The notes below the pieces were generated by a model, which was not told the origin of the DNA, did not search any database, and saw only the letters and a list, made by a program, of their open reading frames with translations. Source: the human T2T-CHM13v2.0 reference genome, Homo sapiens. Taken from it: a stretch of 64,000 nucleotides of DNA. Shown here piece after piece: positions 34,077-50,124 of this stretch (within the stretch, counting starts at the first letter, position 1; every line of letters starts with the position of its first letter). The position numbers and the translations under genes were made by a program. The DNA lies in assembly GCF_009914755.1 (NCBI RefSeq), contig NC_060935.1; one strand, 5' to 3'.

Positions 34077-34791
34077 CTTTAAGTTTTAGGGTACATGTGC
34101 ACAAAGGCTAATATCCAGAATCTACAATGAACTCAAACAAATTTACAAGAAAAAAACAAACAACCCCATCAAAAAGTGGGCGAAGGACATGAACAGACAC
34201 TTCTCAAAAGAAGACATTTAGCAGCCAAAAGACACATGAAAAAATGCTCACCATCACTGGCCATCAGAGAAATGCAAATCAAAACCACAACGAGATACCA
34301 TCTCACACCAGTTAGAATGGCAATCATTAAAAAGTCAGGAAACAACAGGTGCTGGAGAGGATGTGGAGAAATAGGAACACTTTTACACTGTTGGTGGGAC
34401 TGTAAACTAGTTCAACCATTGTGGAAGTCAGTGTGGCGATTCCTCAGGGATCTAGAACTAGAAATACCATTTGACCCAGCCATCCCATTACTGGGTATAT
34501 ACCCAAAGGACTATAAATCATGCTGCTATAAAGACACATGCACACGTATGTTTACTGCGGCATTATTCACGATAGCAAAGACTTGGAACCAAGCCAAATG
34601 TCCAACAATGATAGACTGGATTAAGAAAATGTGGCACATATACACCATGGAATACTATGCAGCCTTAAAAAAGGATGAGTTCATGTCCTTTGTAGGGACA
34701 TGGATGAAATTGGAAATCATCATTCTCAGTAAACTATCACAAGAACAAAAAACCAAACACCGCATATTCTCACTCATAAGTGGGAATTGAA
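34033..34791 (-). mobile_element. Young L1 (PA2/3-like) twin-primed insertion: T/(ATT)n tail, ~30 bp of 3' end, then a 690-bp inverted ORF2 C-terminal segment
   Basis: tatactttaagttttagggtacatgtgcaca joined to aaggctaatatccagaatc...gggaattgaa; TSD gatgagcttttttt at ~34026 and ~34793. Confidence 0.92.
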
Positions 34792-34925
34792 GGATGAGCT
34801 TTTTTTCACATGTCAACTGGCCACTTTTGAGAAGTGTCTGTTCATATTCTTTGCCCACTTTTTGATGGGGTTGTTTGTTTTCTTGTAAATTTGTTTAAGT
34901 TCCTTGTAGATTCTGGATATTAGCC

Positions 34926-35103
34926 CTTTGTCAGATGGATAGACTCAAAAAATGTTCTCCCATTCTGTAGGCTGCATGTTCACTCTGATGATAGTTTCTT
35001 TTGCCGTGCAGAAGCTTTGTCAGATGGATAGATTGCAAAAATTTTCTCCCATTCTGTAGGCTGCATGTTCATTCTGATGATAGTTTCCTTTACTGTGCAG
35101 AAG
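34926..35103. repeat. 89-bp diverged tandem duplication inside the older L1
   Basis: ctttgtcagatggataga...gtgcagaag x2, starting at 34926 and 35015. Confidence 0.92.
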
Positions 35104-36667
35104 CTTAATTTAGTTTAATTCTATCCCATTTGTCAACACTGGCTTTTGTTGCAATTGCTTTTGGTGTTTTAGTTATGAAGTCTTTGCCCATGCCTATGTT
35201 CTGAATGGTATTACCTAGGTTTTCTTCTAGAGTTTTTACGGTTTTAGGTTTTAAGTCTTTAATCCATCTTGAATTAATTTTTGTATAAAGTGTAAGGAAG
35301 GGGTCCAGTTTCTGTTTTCTGCATATGGCTAGCCAGTTTTCCCAGCACCGTTTATTAAATAGGGAATCCTTTCCCCATTGCTTGTTTTTGTCAGGTTTGT
35401 CAAAAATCTGATGGTTGTAGATGTGTGGTGTTATTTCTGAGGCCTCCGTTCTGTTCTGTTGGACTATACATCTGTTTTGATACCAGTACCATGCTGTTTT
35501 GGTTACTGGAATCTTGTAGTGTAGTTTGAAGTCAGGTAGCATGATGCCCCCAGTTTGTTCTTTTCGCTTAGGATTGTCTTGGCTATACAGGCTCTTTTTT
35601 GGTTCCATATGAAATTTAAAGTAGTTTTTTCTAGTTCTGTGAAGAAAGCCAGTGGTAGTTTGATGGGAATAACATTGAATCTATAAATTACTTTGGGCAG
35701 TATGGCCATTTTCATGATATTGATTCTTCTTATCCATGAGCAAAGAATATTTTTCCATTTGTTTGTGTCCTCTCTTATTTCCTTGAGGAGTAATTTGTAG
35801 CGCTCCTTGAAGAAATCCTTCACATCCCTTGTAAGTTGTATTCCTATGTCTTTTATTTTCTTTGTAGCAATTGTGAATGTTTTCTCAATCAACCTGCACT
35901 CATACCTCCATAATCCGGATGATTCACCAATTACTTTTCTCCATATGGCCTCCCTTATCTATTCTCTGGGCTACTACTACACTCTTCCCATCCATCTCCC
36001 TACCCCTCATGTAATTTACCTTCCACAGTCTCATTAGTGATCTGTCTAAAATGCACATATGATCTGTAATTCTCCTGCTGAAAGTACTGGTGGGCTCCCC
36101 AGTGAAATCTAATCTCTCAGGACTCAAAATTTACAGGTACTTCATAATTTGGTGCCAGTTCACCTCTTCACAGAGCCACAGCTATCCCAAATAACACTTC
36201 CGTGCAAATGAGAAAAGACACCCCTTTCTCTGAGCAGATTCAACCTTATGCCAGAGAACACAGCTGCCATAAAGACGTGCAGTGGCTATGCCTATGCACA
36301 CAATCTCCTGGATCCATTACCCAAACTTGCCACTTTTGCATCTGAATTTGTATGTGTGATTTCCCTATTTATGGTCCCCCAACCCGGCCTCACTCCTAGC
36401 CCTCCTCCTTCATCTAAATCTTCTTCACTTTCAATTCATAAGTGGCAGTCATGCGTATCCCTCTATTGTGCTTTCACAGAACCCTGCCCTTTCATTATCT
36501 CAGACCATATCACAGTATATGATTGTGAGTTTGTCATATTCTTACTAAATTATAAATTCTTGGGGACAAGAATCATGTCTGTCTTATTCACCTTTTAATC
36601 CCTAATCCTAAGCAGATGCCTGCCACCTAAAAGATGCTTCAATAAATGTTAGATGAATTTAAGTCTA

Positions 36668-36818
36668 GGCCAGGTGCAGTGGCTCACGCCTGTAATCCCA
36701 GCACTTTAGGAGGCTAAGGTAGGGGGATCACTTGAGGCCAAGAGTTCGAGATGAGCCTGGGCAACACAGCAAGACCACATCTGTACCAAAAATGCAAAAC
36801 TTAGCCAGGCATGGTGGA
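36668..36818 (+). mobile_element. AluJ, 3'-truncated just after the start of the right arm
   Basis: ggccaggtgcagtggctcacgcc...ggatcacttgaggccaagag...agccaggcatggtgg then unrelated sequence. Confidence 0.85.
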
Positions 36819-37555
36819 TGAAAGTATCATTCTGAAATACTATTCTAAATTATATGTCATAAAGGACCTTTAATAGAGACTGGGACCAAATCAAAAGAAA
36901 AATAGTGGAGAACTGAATCCCCCAGAAGACTGAATTCCTGCTGAAAAAAGAGGAATATCTTAAGGGCATAAAAGGTAACTCAGACATATCCTGTTACTTT
37001 AACGTCCAAGGCTCTGATTGCCAAGGCCTGTATCTCTGTTTCTCATTTCTTTCTCAAAAGCTTTAATTTCTTCTTAAAGTTTTGCCTTGAAGCCAAATGT
37101 ATACTTTCTTTATAATTTTAAATGGGATTATTGATCCAATCAAACCAATTTTCTGCAATCTCTAAGACATCTTAAGGCAACGGCTCAATGTCTATGTCTT
37201 GTCTGCTTAGAAGACAGACATGACAGCTAAACTTTTTAAAAATTCTCATAGGATTTTCCTGTGCTTTTCAGGTCCCTCTGGCCAGACCAGGTTCATTTGT
37301 AATGGAGATTTTGCACAGATTTCACAAGCTTTGCTAATCCCCTCCATAAGAAAGATAAGCTCGGGGCATTCAGCTTGACATATGTAGTTTCCAGAAATTT
37401 TGTCAGTGTTTCTTAGAACTTGTTTAAGGTGCCATGAAATATAGCAGTGAAATGTAAAGTGTTGGAATTGTTTTTCTAGGAAAACTCATTGTAGATGGAG
37501 AGCAAGGTATCTAATAGGATGTGGAAGTTCTAAATAAATACAAGAAGACATGAGG

Positions 37556-37625
37556 CAGCAGAGAGAAAGAGAAAGTAGCAGAGAGAAAGTGAAAGTAGCA
37601 GAGAGAAAGTAGCCAAGAGAAAGTG
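37556..37625. repeat. Short purine-rich ~20-bp tandem repeat
   Basis: agcagagagaaag(a/t)gaaagt, about 2.5-3 copies. Confidence 0.8.
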
Positions 37626-38025
37626 ATGGTCCATTCATTTGTTTATGTACTCAACATCTTCCAGTTACTGCCTACTATGTGCCAGGCAATATGCTTGATG
37701 TTTGGGGGATATGTTGGTGAATGACAGAGACACATCCCTGTCCTAACGGAGGTTTCACCCTACTGGGACACACAGGCAAGAAATTAGTCCCACTGTTCAC
37801 GGGATATTTCTTATAATCAGATTGCTCACATTTCAGTAGATATACAGAGAATACTAGAAGATGTTTACATCTTATTATTGCTCCTTATATATCCTCTGTT
37901 CTTTTAATTCTCTAGTAATCCTATTTCACTGGTACATGTTCTTATTGTTTACTCTAATTCTGAGCTCTCTGGTTGGGAGCCACTCAGATAGGCAGGCCAT
38001 TTTTTCTCATTAGAAGTCAGGTCTG

Positions 38026-38326
<301 letters not shown>

Positions 38327-38801
38327 TCAGGTCTGGTGTTGGAATCTTAAGGTGGTAAGACTTAAACCTTAAAAAAGATTAGAAAAGTATCTTGTCTAAT
38401 GATCCGATGGTGTAATAACAGGCTTTGGCCACCTCCTGGGGTCAGGAGACCTAGCATACTCATCCTCTGCCTACTCAGTCCTCATCCCTAGGCTCCATCA
38501 CTGCTTGTCATGTGGTCCACCCATTTGTGGAAGACAGAGGTTGGGGAAGCCAATTCAATTCTCTTTGGAAAAACCTCAACACAGCCCAAAGTTTTATCCA
38601 CACAAGATCATTGCAAGTCTGAGTGTGGCTTGCCTTAGGAGAGACATGTAACCAGTCCCAGGACTTAGAGTTGAGGAGAAGGGAAATTAAAATGTCCATT
38701 TCCTAAAACCTCTACAGATTCTCAAGTTCTAAATCTTTAACTATGCAGACTTACGGCATTTATTTTGAAAAAGTCATGTTATTCAAAATAATAGCTGCTT
38801 C

Positions 38802-38950
38802 GGGAAGAATAGCTAATGGATGCTGGGCTTAATACCTAGGTGATGAGATGATCTGTGCAGCCATGTGCACCATGGCACACATTTACCTATGTATCAAACC
38901 TACACATGTACCCCTAAACTTAAAATAAAAGTTGGAAAAAAGGAAAAAAA
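38802..38950 (+). mobile_element. Short 5'-truncated old L1PA 3' end (PA12-14-like)
   Basis: gctaatggatgctgggcttaatacctaggtgatg...cttaaaataaaagttggaaaaa. Confidence 0.8.
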
Positions 38951-40504
38951 TAGTAACAGCCGCTACGAATTAACCAATTATTTTGTTTCAGGAATTAAAA
39001 TTGCTTCCAGTCCTGCCACTAATTAATTGGTTATGTGATCACAGCAGTGTCATAGACCTCCCTGTGCCCATTACCTTTCTGTAAAATAAGGGAATTGGAA
39101 TAAAAGACCTCTAAAATCTGCTTTTAAGACTCCATAATATGAATCTCTAGTACTCTTTGGACAGCAGCACTCTTCAGATGATTGTGGTCCCTTGAAATCT
39201 GGTCCTAAGCTTCCTGTCTGGCTGTGTCTTTCCGACTCCTCTGAGTGAACTTCCTCTGCAGCCAAACTAATTCTACTTCACATGAGTTACACAGCTGTTC
39301 TCCTTCTTGAAATACCTTCCTCTATCCTAACTCTCTGAAATCTGCACTGTTGGGAAAGGCTGTCCTCCAGGGGCCCTAAGAATCCATGCACATTATTGCT
39401 GAGTGTGCCAAACTTTAAGAACAACTCGACCTACCACAGGCACTGCTTCTATCTGGGCTCATTGCCTCTCCCTGTGGGACTTACAGGCAGAAGAACAGAT
39501 AATTTACATTCCTTTCCTGTGCTGTGAGATTTAAGTTCTTACCTTCATCCATTGTCTCATCACCTGCTTTCAGTGCCTATGGCATGGTGGCAGATTTACT
39601 CCTGACCATCCTCTATGAGGTCAGCGTGCTTCCCTGACACAGGCACTCAGAAAGACCAAAGTAAATTTCTATCTTCTCTGCAAATAACCAAAGTTTCAAA
39701 GACTTTTCCATCATCCTTTGAACATCTATGTGTTGAAACTAAAAAGATATGTACCACAAGGAGGGCACAGAAACTGAGGGAGGTTACCATGGCTCCAGTT
39801 CTAATTCTCAGTTTTGAAAGTGATTTGTTATATCCTTGTCACAGGATTGATTAGGCGTGGGGAAAATGACTCCAGTAAACCAAACTCACAACTGACTGAA
39901 GTACAAACAGGGACCCAATTTGTTCATTTACCGTGAGAAATATAACTCTTATGTTCATCTGAAATGTATCTGTCAGTATGACAAAACATTCTCTCACCAC
40001 AGGAAGATCTGTTTGGGAAACCAAATTACAGTCACACGATTGCTTAGTGAGCACAGAATCCGAGTTAAGGGAGTTGGTGAAGTGAGGCTAGTATTTATGA
40101 GTGGAGGCCAAGCTTATGGATCTTTCTTGCGTTACAGATTTATCCACCATAAAAAGGGACAAATCAAGTTCTTGGTGTAGGGCAACCTTCCTCAGAGAGC
40201 ACTTCACTTTTGTTTATGTTCCATTGCTGCCCATCCATCTATATTTTTGTGGGTCCTTCCTCTTCACTGCAGCTTTAGCTATTAGACCTTGAACTTGAAT
40301 GTGGTGGAAAAGAGACTTGATGTGTTAAAGTTCCTTTTGCCTCTATCTAATTTGTCTCCACCTAAAGTTTCATTTGTTTCAGAGCTATGAAGGGCAGGAG
40401 AGGTACAGGAGAGTTACTGAAGGCTCTTTTTCAATGTACCACAATTTAAGAAATTACAATTGTTTTTAAAGATTGTGCCAACTTTTAGGCATCCCTGAGG
40501 TCAA

Positions 40505-40917
40505 TGTTGGGTGATGCATGCCCCTCAGATTCCCTTTATCAGACCTGTACTCCCATCCCTAGCTGATGTAAGTATTGGATGGCTGCCTCCAGCTGATGGA
40601 GCTGCCACTCTGAGGATTTACACATATCCCTACCCCATGGTGTGTGGGGTTATCCCATAACCAATGACTAGCCTACGTTGGGGTAGAAAAGCTACCTTGC
40701 TGGCTTGGTGAAGTTTATGGACCACAGTCCCCAACCCCAATCCCTAGTTCAAACTGAGACTAGACTTGATCTGAGAGCACATCCTTACTCAGCAAATTGT
40801 CCTTGCCTTTCCTCCTCTGCTCTGTCCCTAACTGGTCTTTCAGAAGAGCACTCCAGCAATAAGTCCCACATCTCAATCTCTGTCTCAAGCTTTACTTCTA
40901 GGGTGCCCAACCTAACA
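40505..40917 (+). mobile_element. ERVL LTR16-like solo LTR
   Basis: tgttgggtg...cagattcccttt...gagcactcc...tctcaagctttacttctagggtgcccaacctaaca. Confidence 0.55.
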
Positions 40918-43900
40918 GAGCTCATAACAAATATCCTTTCCCCATCTTCCTGCTACTTCTCTAGCATCCCTGGTGGGCTTATTCCTCTCCCTAGATAAGG
41001 TCTATGCTGGTTCTATAGAAATAGAGTCAGAGAACTAAGATCAGGCATGAGGAGCCTACTAGCTAGGATCCCTCTGCACAGGATATAGAGGACAGGGATA
41101 TATCTGAGAAAAGGTACCCTGATGCTTACCCCTAGATACTGGAATTGTTATTTTACAGCCCTGACAGTTTCTGTAGGTGCTTTCTGTGTCCTCCGCCTGT
41201 AAGTTTTCCCTAATAACTGATAGTATTTTCTATCCAATTTTTTTTTACTTTTTAAATACTTTTTACTTTGGTTTAAATGAAGAGGAACAGGACAAACAGA
41301 GCATGGGCATAGCGAAGAGACATGAGTGGGACTATTCAGGGGACAATAAGGTTATGCCTGGAATGCCTAAGAGCAACAAGGAAAGGAGAAAGATCTTCCC
41401 ACTGAAAGGTTTACAGTTCATTCTGTCTGGAGCCCGGGACAGAGCAAGGAGGAGTCAGGAAACAAAGAACATGGCCCTCAGAGAATCCAGATGGTTGGCC
41501 ACAGGGTCTCCAGTTAGGGCAATGCCCCCCACCACCACTGCCCCACAAGAAACCCAGTCATTCAAGACCAGACACTAAATCCCAGCCTTATCCTGACTTC
41601 ACAAACTTCAAGACATCTCCTCATAAAAGCAGGAAGACTGAAGAACTGTTAAAAAAAAATGCACAGGAGCCACCAACCACAAAAACAGCTCAAATTCACA
41701 CCCATAATGTGACTGTGACCTCAGCACCATAGCCACAAGCACCGTAATTGCCTCTCCACCTCCTAAGAATGATCCTCCTGATATCTGGAACCAGTTATCA
41801 CTCATATTTGCATCCCTCGCCTTACACAGAAGGTCTTAGCACTGAGTAGTCCCCATCTAAATGAGCCCATCCTCCCCAGCACCACACCTCCCCCTGTTCT
41901 ACCACTCTACTTAAACCCAGTTCATTTTCTTCATAACACACACCACAACTTGAAAATATGTATGTATTCCTTTGTTTCCCTTTTTACTGTCAGTCTCCCT
42001 CACTAGCTTGAGAGCTCCATACAACAGTAACTGTATTTATTCACCATCATGACAAAAATAAAAAACAGTATTTGACAAAAGTAGTATAGACTTCACCAAT
42101 ACTGGTAGAATGATTGAATGAATGCTGATGACATGGTGAAAAGTGTTGGAGCCAACTATAGTTTTGGCCCTTTAATTCAGAACAGGAGCTTATCTTCAAA
42201 CACCAAGTCTGAGCTTGGCACCAGGACCAGATAAGGGTTGCAGTACTTCTTGTTCCCTGATGCTTAAAGAATAATTGGGTTATAGGGATAGTTAAAAGGA
42301 CTGAGTAGAATTTGGTGATTAGCAATGAAATAGAAGAAAATTGACAGGAAAAGAGCTTTTGCAGTAATCCTCTTTTATGCCATTTTTATCTCAGAATGCT
42401 GAAGGGTTTTCCATATGTATCATGTTTTCAGTTCTTAGTTTTCAAATGTGTACTTTATACAGCTTCAAAAGAATAATTGGCAACATATGAATATGCATGT
42501 GCATATTTATGATATTGCATCCATCAGCACAATATTACCTTTCCTCCTGCGTTTAAAATGTATACCTTTTGCACTTTAGAATAATGAGTCTACATGGATT
42601 GGTGTCAAACAAACGGTTCTACCATTCTTTATTAGTTTTCCTTTCATAGTACTTTATGCCAAGAACAAACACCATATTCTTTGAAGGTTGTTTTTATAGA
42701 ATCCTTTCTCAGGTGATACAGAAAAAGAAGAGCTTGCCTCTGAATAGGACTGCATACATTGGATTAAATCCCCTGAGCACTACTGTCAACAGTAAACAAT
42801 ACCTTTATTTCATTCAAGATCTCAATTCTGTCAGTTTTTCCAATTAACCTGTCAGCCACTTTCCAACTTTTAACCCTGTAAATGAAAGCTGGCCCTCCTT
42901 TATCACTATGCCAAGTCCTCTGAGTCTCCCTTACACTAAATACATTTGCTAATAATTTTCTGTTCGCTTCTGTTTATCAGCTCACAGTCACCTAATGCTA
43001 TCCTTTCCACTCAGTATGCCCAGGCCACCCCTCTCATAATTAATATTAATGGAGCATGTACATGCTTAATATACATAATCTTATTTAATCCTTACAAGAA
43101 CCCTATGAAGTGCCATATCAGAGTTCTCAGATTGCAAGCAATGGAAATCAACTTTAGCTAAATTAAGCAAAAGGAAACTTACTGGAAAAATACTGGAGTC
43201 CTCATTACCAATGGGAAGGGTAGAAAGCCAAGCTTAGAAATGAGCAGAAGCTAAGGCATCTCCAGAGAACTAGGAATCCAAAATTATAGGGATAATGTGT
43301 GATGAGAACTATAGTACAATCAACAAGTAAATGCTAACACTTACATGTTGCTAATTGTGTGCTAGATAATGTTCCAAGCATTTCACATAATACATATGCA
43401 CATATCACAATGTATAGTAGATATCCATTTTTCTCTGTTTGGTGTCTGTCTATCTCAAAGCTTGAAAGCTCCATGTGGACAGAAATCATGTGTACTGTAT
43501 TTACTGATGCATACCTAACGCCAAGGATGTAGTCAGCATATAGGATAAGATAGGTACCCTTAACACTCCCATTTTACACATGACGAAGCATGCACAGGAA
43601 GGCTAAATAATTCCCAAAGTCATGCAGTTGCAGTGTATGGTGTATCCCTAGAATCTGTGCCCTTAACCACCATACTATAATTTCATCCACTTTTAGTCAT
43701 TTTATTTCTCTGGTCAAGTTCAGACTCCAAAGGGCCTATCCAGTTGGTATTCACAGGGTGACACATATTCCCATTATCTCAGGAAGGGTTGATTACCAAT
43801 TCACTGAGGAAGCAATGATTCCTCCGAAGGAATTCAGGATATTATAAGATAAATAAAATGGGAGGTCAAAGAATGACAAACATCTTCTCACAATAACCTC

Positions 43901-43995
43901 CAGGTTGAAACCATTATCTTCTCCATTTTACACATGAGGAAAGTGAAGCAAAAGTCTATGTTATAATTCTCTACTTCTATGGTGACAAAGCTAAG

Positions 43996-44414
43996 AGTAT
44001 TGGGTTGAATAGTGCCTTCCCAAAACTCACATCCATCCAGAATCTATGAATGAGACCTTATTTGGAAACAGGACTTTTGTCAGTGTAATCAAGTTGAGGT
44101 CACACTGAATTAGGGAAAGCCCTAATCTCATAATTAAGGTCCCTACAAGAGGAAATTTTGGACACAGATACAGGAAGAGGGAGAATGCCATTTGAAAACT
44201 GAGGCAGAGATTGGAATGATGTGTCTACTAAATAAGCGCCAGAAGCTAGGAAGAGGCAAGGACAGAGCTCCCTTACAGCCTCAGAGAGAGCATGGCCATG
44301 CTAATACTTTGATTTTTGACTTCTGGCCTCCACGATTGTGAGAGAATATATTTCTGCTGTTTTAAGCCACATAGATTGTGTTAATTTGTTACAGCAACCC
44401 TAGCAAATTAATAC
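43996..44414 (+). mobile_element. MLT1B/C MaLR LTR
   Basis: gtattgggttgaatagtgcc...gaccttatttggaaacagg...gttttaagccac...gcaaattaatac. Confidence 0.8.
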
Positions 44415-44609
44415 GCTAATGCTCACATTAATATTAAATAACTTATCCTAGATAACAGAACTTATAAGTGGCATAGACTGCATTACATGTTTCCTCTCTT
44501 TTACTTTGCCTCCAACCCTCATGCCCCACTATACCTTCAATCCTTAACTACCCAGCAGTCTTCCCTAGATTGCCTAATTCTCCCCTGACTCTGACAAACT
44601 GCTATCTTT

Positions 44610-44825
44610 GTTTAACTTTTACTTTAGGTTCAAGGGTGCACATGCAGGTGTGTTATACAGGTAAATTGTATGTCAGGGAGGTTGGTGTACAGATTACTTC
44701 TTCACCCAGGTGATAAGCATGGTTCCCAAAAGGTAGTTTTTTAATCCTCACCCTCCTCCCACGTTCCACCCTCAAGCAGGCCCCAGTGTCTGCTGCTCCC
44801 TTCTTTGTGTTCATGGGTACTCAGT
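44610..44825 (-). mobile_element. L1PA15/16-like 3' end
   Basis: ttttactttaggttcaagggtgcacatgcagg...ccctcaagcaggccccagtgtctg. Confidence 0.8.
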
Positions 44826-45220
44826 CTAACTGCAGTCTTGACCACTGATCTACTTCCTGTCAAAATGATTCTAAGTAGTACTTCATTATCCACAGCCTGT
44901 TCAATGTTCTATTAATAAGATAAACTGGTGTGCTAATTTAGAAATCAATAGCACACAGTTATGTAACATTTTCATTTAAAAATGACTCCATAAAAACCAA
45001 TATCTTTTTTTTTATTATTATTATACTTTAAGTTTTAGGGTACATGTGCACATTGTGCAGGTTACATATGTATACATGTGCCATGCTGGTGCGCTGCACC
45101 CACTAACTCGTCATCTAGCATTAGGTATATCTCCCAATGCTATCCCTCCCCCCTCCCCCCACCCCACCACAGTCCCCAGAGTGTGATATTCCCCTTCCTG
45201 TGTCCATGTGATCTCATTGT

Positions 45221-49044
<3,824 letters not shown>

Positions 49045-49107
49045 TATGATGTTAGCTGGTTATTTTGCTCATTAGTTGATGCAGTTTCTTCCTAGTCTCG
49101 ATGGTCT

Positions 49108-50124
49108 TTACATTTTGGCATGATTTTGCAGCGGCTGGTACCGGTTGTTCCTTTCCATGTTTAGCGCTTCCTTCAGGAGCTCTTTTAGGGCAGGCCTGGT
49201 GGTGACAAAATCTCTCAGCATTTGCTTGTCTGTAAAGTATTTTATTTCTCCTTCACTTATGAAGCTTAGTTTGGCTGGATATGAAATTCTGGGTTGAAAA
49301 TTCTTTTCTTTAAGAATGTTGAATATTGGCCCCCACTCTCTTCTGGCTTGTAGGGTTTCTGCTGAGAGATCCGCTGTTAGTCTGATGGGCTTCCTTTTGA
49401 GGGTAACCCGACCTTTCTCTCTGGCTGCCCTTAACATTTTTTCCTTCATTTCAACTTTGGTGAATCTGACAATTATGTGTCTTGGAGTTGCCCTTCTCGA
49501 GGAGTATCTTTGTGGCGTTCTCTGTATTTCCTGAATCTGAACGTTGGCCTGCCTTGCTAGATTGGGGAAGTTCTCCTGGATAATAACCTGCAGAGTGTTT
49601 TCCAACTTGGTTCCATTCTCCGCATCACTTTCAGGTACACCAATCAGACGTAGATTTGGTCTTCTCACATAGTCCCATATTTCTTGGAGGCTTTGCTCAT
49701 TTCTTTTTATTCTTTTTTCTCTAAACTTCCCTTCTCGCTTCATTTCATTCATTTCATCTTCCATCGCTGATACCCTTTCTTCCAGTTGATCGCATCGGCT
49801 CCTGAGGCTTCTGCATTCTTCACGTAGTTCTTGAGCCTTGGTTTTCAGCTCCATCAGCTCCTTTAAGCACTTCTCTGTATTGGTTATTCTAGTTATACAT
49901 TCTTCTAAATTTTTTTCAAAGTTTTCAACTTCTTTGCCTTTGGTTTGAATGTCCTCCCGTAGCTCAGAGTAATTAGATCGTCTGAAGCCTTCTTCTCTCA
50001 GCTCGTCAAAGTCATTCTCCATCCAGCTTTGTTCCGTTGCTGGTGAGGAAGTGCATTCCTTTGAAGGAGGAGAGGCGCTCTGCGTTTTAGAGTTTCCAGT
50101 TTTTCTGTTGTGTTTTTTCCCCAT
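49108..50124 (-). CDS. Intact L1 ORF1p (338 aa RNA-binding nucleic-acid chaperone)
   Basis: Full-length ORF; REKG, ARR and YPAKLS motifs retained. Confidence 0.92.
   Translation of the reverse strand: MGKKHNRKTGNSKTQSASPPSKECTSSPATEQSWMENDFDELREEGFRRSNYSELREDIQTKGKEVENFEKNLEECITRITNTEKCLKELMELKTKAQELREECRSLRSRCDQLEERVSAMEDEMNEMKREGKFREKRIKRNEQSLQEIWDYVRRPNLRLIGVPESDAENGTKLENTLQVIIQENFPNLARQANVQIQEIQRTPQRYSSRRATPRHIIVRFTKVEMKEKMLRAAREKGRVTLKRKPIRLTADLSAETLQARREWGPIFNILKEKNFQPRISYPAKLSFISEGEIKYFTDKQMLRDFVTTRPALKELLKEALNMERNNRYQPLQNHAKM

Larger units (their letters stand above)
33797..35879 (-). mobile_element. Older L1PA (PA7/8-like) internal ORF2 fragment with no 3'UTR or poly(A)
   Basis: Minus ORFs [11 protein letters not shown]..., ...[15 protein letters not shown] and ...[22 protein letters not shown]. 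Confidence 0.9.
33480..36660 (+). mobile_element. L2 (33480-33796 and 35880-36660) hosting nested L1s
   Basis: tatccaactacctg...caagcacatccaaagctgaa; ends cttcaataaatgttagatgaat. Confidence 0.65.
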
